The notes: generated from the letters alone by a model not told the origin. 64,000 bases of DNA from Octopus vulgaris (GCA_951406725.2 OX597818.1:42594001-42658000); one strand, 5' to 3'; positions 51,167 through 62,541 are shown, counted from the first letter of the stretch. Translations and numbers: made by a program.

Positions 51167-53159
51167 GTAAAATACTACTTTTTTAAAGTGTTTTTTCTTT
51201 TTCATACATAAGCTACTCTGTATGAAACATAACATCAGTTATGTTTTATAGCTTGATTGTCATTCTGATTCAACGAGGGCTTTATACTTACTCTGTCTTC
51301 TGATTATCTATGATTATCTAATTTGTGCACGTTTGTTTTGCTACGATCCTATTTCAGTTGTTTGGTATAGCTTATTATGAAGGGAAAACATTCCTGCTTT
51401 CTGGAAGCCGGTTTTTTTCCCCCGATTTCTTTCCACGTGACTGTTTGTTGCTAGTTTATTTTCGATGCGATTTAATTAATCAGAAAATTTAAAAAAACAA
51501 CTTTTCCTTTGTTGTCAGACCGTCAATATCTCGTAACTTTGCTTGTTTCGAGGTATTTAATGTCGATCACACTTCAATCCCTTTATATATTGTATTCCCG
51601 CTTCATGATGCTTTCTCGCACATGGAGAACGACACTGTCGTCAAACTGCTAAAATGTTAATTGCATTCAGTGATCGGCAAGTGTTGTCATTGTTTACATA
51701 ACAAATTGTTGTTATTTGAACGCACAAACTCCTATCAGCATAATATCGAACACGTGGATATAACAGCTGAACTATTTCCTTTGTTTATGTTTCCTTCTGT
51801 CTGCTTATATATTTCTCTCTCGCTATATTTATCGATACCTACTTTCATGGAAGATTCTATTTCGTAACATATCTCTTTGTGTATTCTACATATTTTAGCT
51901 GTTTGTTACTTTCCGATGATGGCTTTGTTTCGGCTGCTGTAACTTCAGCATTATTATTCATTATTAGTTCCTTAACTATTTTATGTACTTAACTTCTAAC
52001 TTCAGCTACCTTAAATAATTTTAGCTTTAAGTCCTCTTCATTTCCATGAAAAAAATGATCTTTCTCTAGATGTGGTTTTATTTATTTAAAAAAAAAATCA
52101 TATCTATATAATTTTACTATAATTGGTGTTGCAATGATCCAAAACGTAATTTGCTAAAAAGGGATAACATTCGTTTGAGATATCCAAGATGCGAGATGCG
52201 AGAACTTTCGTGCATCTTGTAATGTATAGAAATATTTAGACTGAAACATTATCAGAATGGTAACAATAAATTGATAAATAATCAATTTATTATGATGGAA
52301 GTTTTAAAATTTTAGATCAAAATATCCTTCGTAACTAACATTTTTTTAATGAACTTTCTCTAATTGATGTCAGTGATGATGCCGTGAAGCAATACGAGCA
52401 GTAACGCACCAAATTATAGATATTATGTTTCTTCTTTCATACTTCTGATCCAAATGGAAGTTTAATTTTCCACGGGTAAATGAAACTAGACAATCTTTCT
52501 GACAGTTAGCTTTGTGTCTCTAAGTGATAATGAATTGCTCTTAGTATTGGAGGATAGAGAACTGAACTGAATGCCTTATGGTATCTTAATTGTGTTCGAG
52601 TCCTGCTCAGTCGATTTTACTTTTTTTTTTCTTCTAAGGACAGTATATTAAGTCCCAATAATATACTTGACCGTATTCCTTCATGTTTTTACCTTGGTGT
52701 TAAAAACCTGGTTAAATATTTTAAGCTTCAATTCTGATGCTTCACCGTTCTTACCCTTGACGATCTTACGTAGAAAAATAGTGTTCTTGCGCAAAATCAT
52801 CCTTACTCCCCACTACCACAAAAGATGTTATTATAAAAGATCGCCAGTCTTGTTTGGCTTGCTTGCATTCGTATTGTTTCTGATTTCTCATGTTTTATTC
52901 CCGCACTACAATTTCTTTTTAAAAATAAATTTATTATATTTTCTGAACTCTAAATTTCTTTACTCCATAGGGGTAGCTATACGAAGCTATGAAAATGGTT
53001 TACTATATAGTATTCTGCAACCTTGGTATCACTGAGCGAAATATCTGTAATATTGTGGACTTCAAGGCCTCGATTTTTCGACAATGTGATTGCTGTTGAT
53101 TTGTAAATAACTTTGATGTGAATTTAAAACCCTGCTCACGGTTAGCTCATCTGGTCCTT

Positions 53160-53228
<69 letters not shown>

Positions 53229-54766
53229 CGATTTAGACTTTGCTGTTAATAACTTGTAGTTACGGAGAATTGTTTACCACCACAATGACGCAACCGGACA
53301 TTTTTGCGATTTTGTTTTGTTATTAGTTATGTGATGGTTTGATTGCTGTATATCCATTTGCCCCCACCTTCCAAGTTTGGTTAGAGGTTCTACGTTTCAT
53401 ATTTCAGCAGTGTTATATAACTTTAGTACATGTCTACATGTCTGTCGTGTAATTTTTGTTTGCTAGGTGAAGATTTTGCGGTGCGTCTTCGTTTCCAGTA
53501 CTGAATGAAAGTATTTACTATCCAAATTTTACATGAAAAACAACCCCTAACAATCTAAATATTTTCTGTTCCATAGGGCCCAGAAAATGAAATGTCAATC
53601 ATGCTTGCTAATTGTAAAATAAATTTTTTTTTAATCAACCTTTTCGTGCTATGCAACGCTAATATTCTCTGAATTCCTTGGGCATTCTTTTTCTTTTCTT
53701 TTCTTTTTTATATTCGAAGTTAGGTGTTGGCATCCTTTTAAGCTCAGCCCTCATCCGAAAGAAAGCGATGCTGAGTGATCTCCCATGGCGCTCTCAGCGC
53801 AACATACTCATTTTCCAGAAAGAATCAGCCATAATACTTAGCTGGTTTATTTTATAAATTAAGAAACAAAATAATAATAAAAATTATTCTACATAGTTTG
53901 GTAAAAGGATTATTGAATGACCATAGTTTATAATAGTTGTTACAGACCCTCTTGGCATTGAACGATGAAGCACAGCTGTAATTCAGGAGAAACAGCTTTC
54001 GTATCATGAATATCACACAGTTATCTTTTGCGTTTGTAATGTTTTGCCTTGTAATAAGTGAACAAATTTCAGCTGCTATAATTGATGTTCTTCGGAGTTG
54101 TGGACTTTATTTCCAGAGAGATATAACTAGGAGTGTGGTATCAATTACATGCTTAATTGTTTTGGATGGGATCAAAGGTGAAGAACACCTGCCAAGGTTT
54201 GTCAATGTAGAACTGGTGGAGATGTGACCAGTTTGATACAAAGTACCATAGATTTTGGAAGACGTTGTTCATTGATGGGTTGCCTTGTCTAGGTAGGAAG
54301 AAGAGATGGAGAAGGCTGGATAATGACTATGGAGGTGAGGAACTAGTTAAAAGTTGGTTAGAGGTACAAAAGGAAAATAGTTGATGCAAACAGGTTAGAT
54401 AACAATTTAGCCTTTGTACCACCAGCAGTGTCAGTATAGAAGTAGTGCACGTTTGTGTTATCCACTATAGCAATAAAGTTACTCACTATAGGGCATAAAG
54501 TAACTGAATGCCTTTGTATATCAAAGAAATTAGGTGTTCTAGGTTAAAACCTGTTCCTATGTACACACAGCATGATTCAGTAATTGAATTTCTTGCAGGT
54601 AAAATTTTATTAGCAATAAAGTTACTCACTATAGGGCATAAAGTAACTGAATGCCTTTGTATATGAAAGAAATGAGGTGTTCTAGGTTAAAACCTGTTCA
54701 GCATGATTCAGCAATTGAATTTCTTGCAGGTAAAATTTCATAATTTTATACTTTTTTCTATTTCAG

Positions 54767-54967
54767 ACAAACTCTGTGATCAGATCAGTGATGCAGTCCT
54801 TGATGCTCATCTTGAGCAAGATCCAAATGCCAAGGTTGCATGTGAATGTGTAGCCAAAACTGGAATGATTCTTGTATGTGGTGAAATTACATCTAATGCC
54901 AAAGTTGATTACCAAAAGGTTATCCGTGACACTATCAAGCGTATTGGCTATGATGACTCTTCTAAAG
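54767..54967 (+). CDS. MAT: S-adenosylmethionine synthetase, coding exon 2
   Basis: tttcag|AC AAA: [33 protein letters not shown]...GYDDSSKG|gttagt. Confidence 0.97.
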
Positions 54968-55099
54968 GTTAGTTCTTGAAGATTCGAGTACATAATATAA
55001 TTGCTTCTCAGATGTGCTTTGTACTTTTTTGCTTAGAACAGTGCTTCTGATTTCTTTTAATTACTAAAAATTAAATTGCTGAAAATTTGTTGTCTTTGG

Positions 55100-55383
55100 G
55101 GTCGTTGCCAGTGCCACTGGACTGGCTCCTGTGCAGGTGGCACATAAAAAACACCATTTGAGCATGGCTGTTGCCAGTACCACCTGACTGGCCCTCATGC
55201 CGGTGGCACGTAAAAGCACCCACTACACTCTCGGAGTGGTTGGCATTAGGAAGGGCATCAAGCTGTAGAAACTCTGCCAGATAAGATTGGAGCCTGGTGC
55301 AGCCATCTGGCTCGCCAGTCCTCAGTCAAACCGTCCAACCCATGCCAGCATGGAAAGCTGACGTTAAACGATGATGATGATGA
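55100..55383 (+). mobile_element. RTE-tailed SINE in MAT intron 2
   Basis: Family motifs plus (GAT)n tail ending ~33 nt before the exon 3 acceptor. Confidence 0.85.
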
Positions 55384-55416
55384 TTTATTGTTAATATTTT
55401 TTTTTATTTATTGTAG

Positions 55417-55529
55417 GGTTTGATTATAAAACTTGTAATGTTTTATTGGCTGTTGAGGCTCAAAATCCTGAAATTGCTCAAGGAGTACATATTAATAGAA
55501 GTGAGGAAGATATTGGTGCCGGAGACCAG
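55417..55529 (+). CDS. MAT: S-adenosylmethionine synthetase, coding exon 3
   Basis: ttgtag|GG TTT GAT: [37 protein letters not shown]|gtgaga; 113 nt, keeps the frame. Confidence 0.96.
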
Positions 55530-56519
55530 GTGAGATAAATCAGTTCACCCTTGTTAAATTTCTGTAACCCATTATCTTGAATGGTTGTCATTGAATTAAT
55601 ATTTTTTTGTTGTGCTTGCAAGTTTACTTCATTGCATTGGGTTCTGATGTTCTCATATTTATGGGATTTGTTTTTGTGTTTGCCTACACAAGCGAATTGC
55701 ATTCTATGGAGTGTGTGCATTATGGACACTATTGGATCCAGCTAAGCATTGCAAGGAACACAGCAATTAACTTAATATTGTCTCAGCTTTAAGTGATGTT
55801 TTGAAGTAATAGCTCAAATTGTGCATGCTGGGTTCTCTCATTGACTGTTGGACAAGTGTCTTCCACTATAACCTTCAGTGTTTGTGCATATGAATGTTGA
55901 TTCCCATGTCTTCATTATCCCTTGAGAATTTAGATTATTTTATTAAATGTAATACTTATTTAGTCACATTCTTTTGAACTCCTCATGCATTATCTCATAA
56001 TTTTAAGAATTCAATGATATAATTGTTTGTGTTTTTGAATGACATTGTCAAGAGAGGCTGGATCTGGTTAGTTTTAACATAAAACAGAATATTTGAGCTA
56101 GATTTGGCCACTTTAAATGTTAAAGGGTCAATATTGTTTGAGCAGACAGACAGTAACATTGCATTCTCTCTCATTCAAATTCCTGAAATGCAGCCGCTTT
56201 ATCCCTCAAAATTTGGAGACCTTATAGAAATTGGCAACATGAAGAAATTTGCCTTAAATCCTGCCTAACCCATACTGGATGGGGAAAACATATAAATTTA
56301 ATGTGTGGGTGTAAAATACATCATAAAATTAATTTTATATAACTTGGACATTTGCCTGGTTTATTCTGGTTCAAAAAGACACCTGAAAGTCCTAATCAAA
56401 GCAATTTTGTTTTAAATTTGCTACTTTTAGTATCCATCATCTGTTCTTAATTATTTTAAAACTAGCATACCTGTCTTGTCAAAAACGCGAGCAGTTTTAT
56501 TAATAATGGAAAAGGGTGC

Positions 56520-56600
<81 letters not shown>

Positions 56601-56760
56601 AAATGAGAAAATGGAGAAACATACCTAAATCAATCATCAACCATCAGATAATACCCAATCAATACTTTATTAAACCATTACACAACAGCAATGACATTAT
56701 ACATAATATATTGCAAATATAACTAGACATGGAAATAGAAATAGAAAATACAATTACATC

Positions 56761-56914
56761 GTAGCTGACAGCTGTTTCGGCCGTGAAGACAGGTATGTCC
56801 CATTTAACCTATTAGCCATATAAAGCAGGTATAAATGAGACATTAACAAGAATGGCTCACGGCCTCTTCAGAGAATTTAATAATATTGTCTCACGGCCTC
56901 TTCAGAGAATTTAA
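56761..56914 (-). ncRNA. Hammerhead-like motif (Penelope-derived) in MAT intron 3, antisense
   Basis: CTGAAGA-ggccgtga..long loop..tcacggcc-GAAA-cagctg-TC; stem I weak. Confidence 0.5.
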
Positions 56915-58289
56915 TGTAAGTATGAAAAAAATTTACATATAAAATATAAAAATGTATGCATAGACACTCATAATTCTACACATATATATATATACACATT
57001 AATACAATATAAACAAAATATATCAGTATACATTAACAAACCCAATTATTTTCCATATTGAACTCATAGTTCTATAACCAACATCAAGGAAATACATGTA
57101 CACTCACATTTAAATTTAAAGCAGACATATATATTTAACAGTCCAGTTCATTAAAATGTATAACCACACAAAAAGTCAATAAAATTAATATTAATGATAA
57201 TAACAACCATGATTGTACCAGTTTGTACCAGTTAAAGCAAGCGGACATCCACATATATACTCAATAAGTCGAATTCATCTGTCCGCTTGATATTGATTTT
57301 CCTAGATAGATTCGATTGGCTTATAGTTTTAAATTTGAATCACAATGGAAATTTTACGGTTAGTTAGCCAAGAAACGCACATATATACATATGTGTGAAT
57401 GTGTGCACATGTTTGTTGACATTTTTTAGGTCAGTGAAATCTGTGAATGCTGTTCACCTGTATTCACGCCCTCTCCATTTGTTATTTTACCCAGCGTAAC
57501 TTGTGAGACCCACCTTTGCCATATCCAGCCCAAATATTCTATGTGTTTTATGTTCAAACTGGCCAGATTTGGCCTCTCACATCTTGATATACAATCATAT
57601 CAATAGAAAATTTCGAAGCTATGAGATAATTTAATTAATTCAAAACAGTGTGAATAAATAAGCATAATTTGGCATAATTCTCAGAGGTTCAATGGTGTCG
57701 CTTGGTTCGGAAGTTACAAATTTTGAAGGAAGATAAAAAATACCCTACAAACAATGGTGTAATTTACTTGTGACCATTGTAGGGTATTTTTATCTTCCTT
57801 CAAGTATTGAGTTGCTTTCATCTTTAAAAAATAACATGTGAACAAATTGAATAATCACCACTCAGCATTATATAATATATTATTACATAATAGATTTCTC
57901 AATGTAATCAATCTGATTAAAATATGTTACATGAATTGTACTTGCTTTATAGTTCAAAACCTCTCAAAATTTGAATGTAGGTGTATATTCCATACAGTGG
58001 TCAATTCATAAAAGTGTCCGTTGTTTACATTCCATAAATGCATTTAGCTTCTCATTTAGCACATTTTATTTTTGTTGACTTCCATCAAAATAAAGTAGTT
58101 TCTTTAGTAAGTCATGTCACCTGTCAGATTTTAACCTCTATATATAATTTTTGTCATGACGACCTGTCAAATCAATAGAAACAAATTTATTCATTTCTAT
58201 TAAAATAACTAAGGTTATTCAGCTTATTGCTAAATATGATTTCTATTTTTGTTCCACTTCTAAAGTTTGTGGTTAAAAGATTTCCCATC

Positions 58290-58500
58290 AGAGCGGTGAG
58301 CAGACAGAAACATTAGCACACCAGGCAAAATGCTTAGTAGTATTTCATCTTTGTTTACGTTTTGAGTTCAAATTCTGCCAAGGTCAACTTTGCCTTTCAT
58401 CCTTTCTGGGTTGATAAATTAAGTACCAGTAGCATACTGGGGTTGATCTAATCAACTGGCCCCCTCCCCGAAAATTTTGGGCCTTGTGCTTAGAGTAGAA
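58290..58500 (+). mobile_element. Meta/OK-like SINE with aaaagatttcccatca flanking duplication
   Basis: gcggtgagc..gaaacattagc..gcctttcatcc; aaaagatttcccatca before and after. Confidence 0.8.
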
Positions 58501-60663
58501 AAGAAAAGATTTCCCATCAACAAAATTCTTACTAAAAATATAAATATGGTTTTAGTATAATGTTCCTTGATATATGTAATATCTATTAGTGAGATATATT
58601 TTACCTTCTTATATTGGATTTTTTTTTTTCTTTCTATATTTGAGATCAAACAGGTGTTAATAGTGATTATGTGCAAATAACCAGAGAGGTTCATGTTTTA
58701 GATCGTTATGGTCCAAAATTTTGTGTGTTGTTAAAATTCATACATTTTAGTATGAATTTTACAGCAAAAACCTTTTGATTCACTGATGTAGGCAAGATGG
58801 TTTAGTTCAACTTGGCTAACATTGCAGTCCAATATCTGTTTTCTGGAACTGCACAGTTGAACTGTTCCAATTAACATCTTTTATTTTTGCTTGTTTTAGT
58901 CATTCAACTGTGGCCATACTGGGGCACCGTCTTGAAAGGTTTTAGTCATTCAACTGTGGCCATACTGGGGCACCATCTTGAAAGGTTTTAGTCAAATACA
59001 TTGATTCCAGGTACTTATTTTTTAAAGCCAGGTGCCTTCTCCATCAGTCTCTTTTGCTGAACTGCTAACTATGGGAATATAAACAAACCAATTATGGTTG
59101 TCAAGTGACGGTAGGGAACAAATACAAAAGACACATGTAGATAGTATACATGATAGGCTTTTTTCAGTTTACACTTACCAAATCCACTCACAAGGCTTTG
59201 AGCAGAAGTAAAGCTCATGGACTGCACCCTTTTGTGATTTTTGGGGGGTTTTATTTTTACATGAACACACTATATTGAGGGTGGAGATTCTGAATGTGCA
59301 AAAAAAAGATCTGCATATCAAAAATTTAATTTTAAAATAATAAACACCCTCTCCCCTCCACCTATGACAAGAAGTGAAATTGAAGTGTTTTCTCTATTAA
59401 TGTTTCACGCATGCATAGAATTATAAAATAGCAGACGCAAAGAGTATCTAAACAGAAAACCTGACATGCTAGAAGCACATTTTCAAAATTTTAATACAAG
59501 TTACCAAAGAAAAAATTTCAAAATTTAAACCCGCCTCCAACCGGAAATCAGAGAAGCTAGAAACAACAGCCAAACCAAAGATCAACTTTCTAAATACGAA
59601 TTACCAAAAGAGAAAAAAATTTAAATGTCATTTTGTTGTGTGTGTGTGTGTGTGTGTGTGCAAAAAATCTAATTTTTACATACCTCTCTTAATTCCAAGA
59701 CCCTCAACCACAACATGTTTGTCATAAAACATTAATAGAGTTGTTGTGTGTGTTCAACCACAACATATTTATCATGAAACATTATAGAGTTGTTGTATTT
59801 GTGTGTACAAAAAAATCTAATTTTTACATACCTCTCTTAATTCCAAAAGACCCTCATGAAACGACCCTCAATCACATGTTTGTCATGAAACATTAGAGAA
59901 AATACTTTAATTTCACTTGTCATAGGGCGGAGAAGATGGAGGTTGTTTATTTTATTTATTTTTTGTTTTTGAAAAAATGAAATTTTAGGTGGGGGGGTTC
60001 CCCCTTCACAATCATAAACTCCGTATTTTTCTACGTATTTCACCCCCCAAAAAAATAATTTTTTTAAGTGAAACTTTAAGAAATTTGTGGAGGATTTAAA
60101 TTTTGAAATGCAGATTCGGAAAAGTTCTTTTTTCTTTAAGTTCTTGAAAGTTCCAGCCAGTTGCTAACAAAGTGACCAGACTTTCTGAGTTAAGAGTTCC
60201 CAGTGTTTGTAAATGTGTAGTTGAGTTGATGTGTTGGTTGAACTGTCAAAGCATCCACCTAAATGTGTGCATACATTCACATGCTCTTTCTCCATGGAAC
60301 AGTATTTCTAGATTTTTGTTCAAATTCGTTGGTACATAACCTAATGCACAAATGAGAATTCTTAGTCAAAGTACAAGAACTGTAAGGTTTGCATTAATTT
60401 GCCATAAATGTTCTCTTTTTTCTGTACTTTTGATTGTACATTCACATCTGCTGGGTAGCTGACCTCTACAACAATACATGATCTTTGTTTTCTGTCAGTG
60501 TGTGATTGTTTGATATTGATTATATCAATACTTTGCAATAATAAAATCTGTTACCAATTAAAAAATTTTTTTTTTTGCATGGAAACATTTTTACAAATAA
60601 ACACTTTTTTTCCCCATGAGTTTTTTGCAAATCCTGTTACTTTTCTTTCGTTTTCTTCTTCAG

Positions 60664-60807
60664 GGTCTCATGTTTGGTTATGCTACAAATGAAACTGAAG
60701 AGTGTATGCCACTTACTGTAGTTCTTGCTCATCAGCTCAATGCTAAAGTTGCAGTATTGAGGAGAAGCGGAGATCTTTGGTGGGCTAGACCTGATAGCAA
60801 ATCACAA
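60664..60807 (+). CDS. MAT: S-adenosylmethionine synthetase, coding exon 4
   Basis: cttcag|GLMFGYATNETEECMPLTVVLAHQLN...WWARPDSKSQ|gtaagt; 144 nt. Confidence 0.97.
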
Positions 60808-61689
60808 GTAAGTATATTTCCTTAATATGATGATCTGGCAGAATCTTTAGCATACCTGACAAAATGCTTTTTGCTCTTTGCATACTAAGTTCAAATTCCA
60901 CTGAGGTTGACTTAACTTAGCCCTTCGTCTTTTTAGGGTTGCTAAAATAAGTACTAGTTGAGCACATTCTGAATTCAAATTCTGCCGAGGTCAGCTTTGT
61001 CTTACATCCTTTTGGGGTTACTGTAATCAGTTAACCCCTTCCCACAAAATTTCAGGCCTACTATATACTATATATACTTCCTTCCTTTGTTTATTGTATA
61101 CCATGTATACTTTCTTTTTATATTAAATTAAGTACCAGTTATGCACTGGGGTCGATGTAAATCAACTTAATCCCTTTGTCCTTGTTTGTCTCCTCTATGT
61201 TTAGCCCTTTGTGAGCAATAAAGAAATAAGAATCCTTTTAGCAACTGAAAAAAGGCTTTCCTTTATTTTTCCCTTCTTCTTTCCAGATTAATGAAATAAA
61301 ATATTAATTACATGCTGGGGTGTAATTGATTGCTCCTCTCCCTTCAAAAGTTGTTGCCTCTGTTCCTAAATTAGAAACAATTATTAAGTCAACTTTACCT
61401 TTCACTCCTTCAGGAGTTAATATTAATATGAAGCTTATTCTCTTTCCTCAAGTGTCAGGCCCTGTACCTGTGTTAGAAATGATAATATTATTAAGGCAGT
61501 AAGCTGACAGAATTGTTAGCACATTGGAAAAAATGTTTGGTGGTTTTTTTGTCTGTCTTACATTCTGAGTTCAAGTACTGCGAAGGTCAACTTTTCCTTT
61601 CATTCCTTCACTGAGGATTCAATGGCCTTATTGAATTCTCGAGAAAAACAATTCATGACTATGATCTTCAACACAAATTGAGCTTATAG

Positions 61690-62080
61690 AGCATTCAACC
61701 AGAACATGCATTATTGTTCAGCAGTCAAAACTTCTTTTTTTTAATGGAACAAACTTTATGAATGAGTAGAAATACTAACATGACTGAAGCATTCAACTAG
61801 AACATGCATTATTGTTCAGTAGTCAAAACTTCTTTTTTTTAATGGAACAAACTTTATGAATGAGTAGAAATACTAACATGACTGAAGCATTCAACTAGAA
61901 CATGCATTATTGTTCAGCAGTCAAAACTTCTTTTTTTTAATGGAACAAACTTTATGAATGAGTAGAAATACTAACATGACTGAAGCATTCAACTAGAACA
62001 TGCATTATTGTTCAGCAGTCAAAACTTTTTTTTTAATGGAACAAACTTTATGAATGAGTAGAAATACTAACATGGCTGAA
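61690..62080. repeat. Minisatellite, ~98-bp unit x4, in MAT intron 4
   Basis: agcattcaac(c/t)agaacatgcattattgttcag...tactaacatgactga repeated nearly identically. Confidence 0.95.
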
Positions 62081-62322
62081 GGAACCAAGCATGATATGTA
62101 AGTGTTGGATTTTGATCAAAAGTATGAGAAGAAAATTCACATTTAGAACTTTCAGATTGACTATGGAAAAAATTTATTATTTTTGATACAAAAATCAGGC
62201 AAAAAATTGGTTTTCACATGGTCATACTGTTTGTCTCCCTTCTATGGTGATACCTACTAGTAGTGTGTTTTCACTTTCTAAATCTCCTGTCTTTGTCTTT
62301 AAAATAAGCATTTTTGTTTCAG

Positions 62323-62541
62323 GTGACCATTCGGTATAAATCCGAAAATGGAATGACCATACCGCTGTATGTTCACAGCATTGTGATGTCTGTCCAACAT
62401 GACCAGAATGTTTCTCTCGAACAACTAAGACGAGAATTGAAAGAAAAAGTCATAAATGCCGTTGTCCCTAGTAAATACATGGATGAGAAAACTGTCATAC
62501 ATCTTAACTCAGCTGGAAATTTCATCTTGGGTGGACCTATT
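62323..62541 (+). CDS. MAT: S-adenosylmethionine synthetase, coding exon 5
   Basis: tttcag|VTIRY...SVQHD...HLNSAGNFILGGPI|gtaagt; 219 nt. Confidence 0.96.

Noticed and set aside
52667-53035. 122-aa ORF in MAT intron 1
   Set aside because: Non-ATG start, hydrophobic AT-rich composition, no recognisable domain
53752-53772. CCGAAAG...GATGC resemblance to the SAM-III (SMK) riboswitch
   Set aside because: The remaining SMK consensus and helices are absent, so it is not called as a known riboswitch
53960-54002. Hammerhead-like GATGA...GAAAcagcttTC
   Set aside because: No CUGA core and no stem I or stem II pairing
54481-54494. ACTCACTATAGGGC resembling the T7 promoter or an adapter (also at ~54624)
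   Set aside because: Lacks TAATACG, is embedded in a diverged genomic duplication, and has no other vector sequence nearby; likely coincidence
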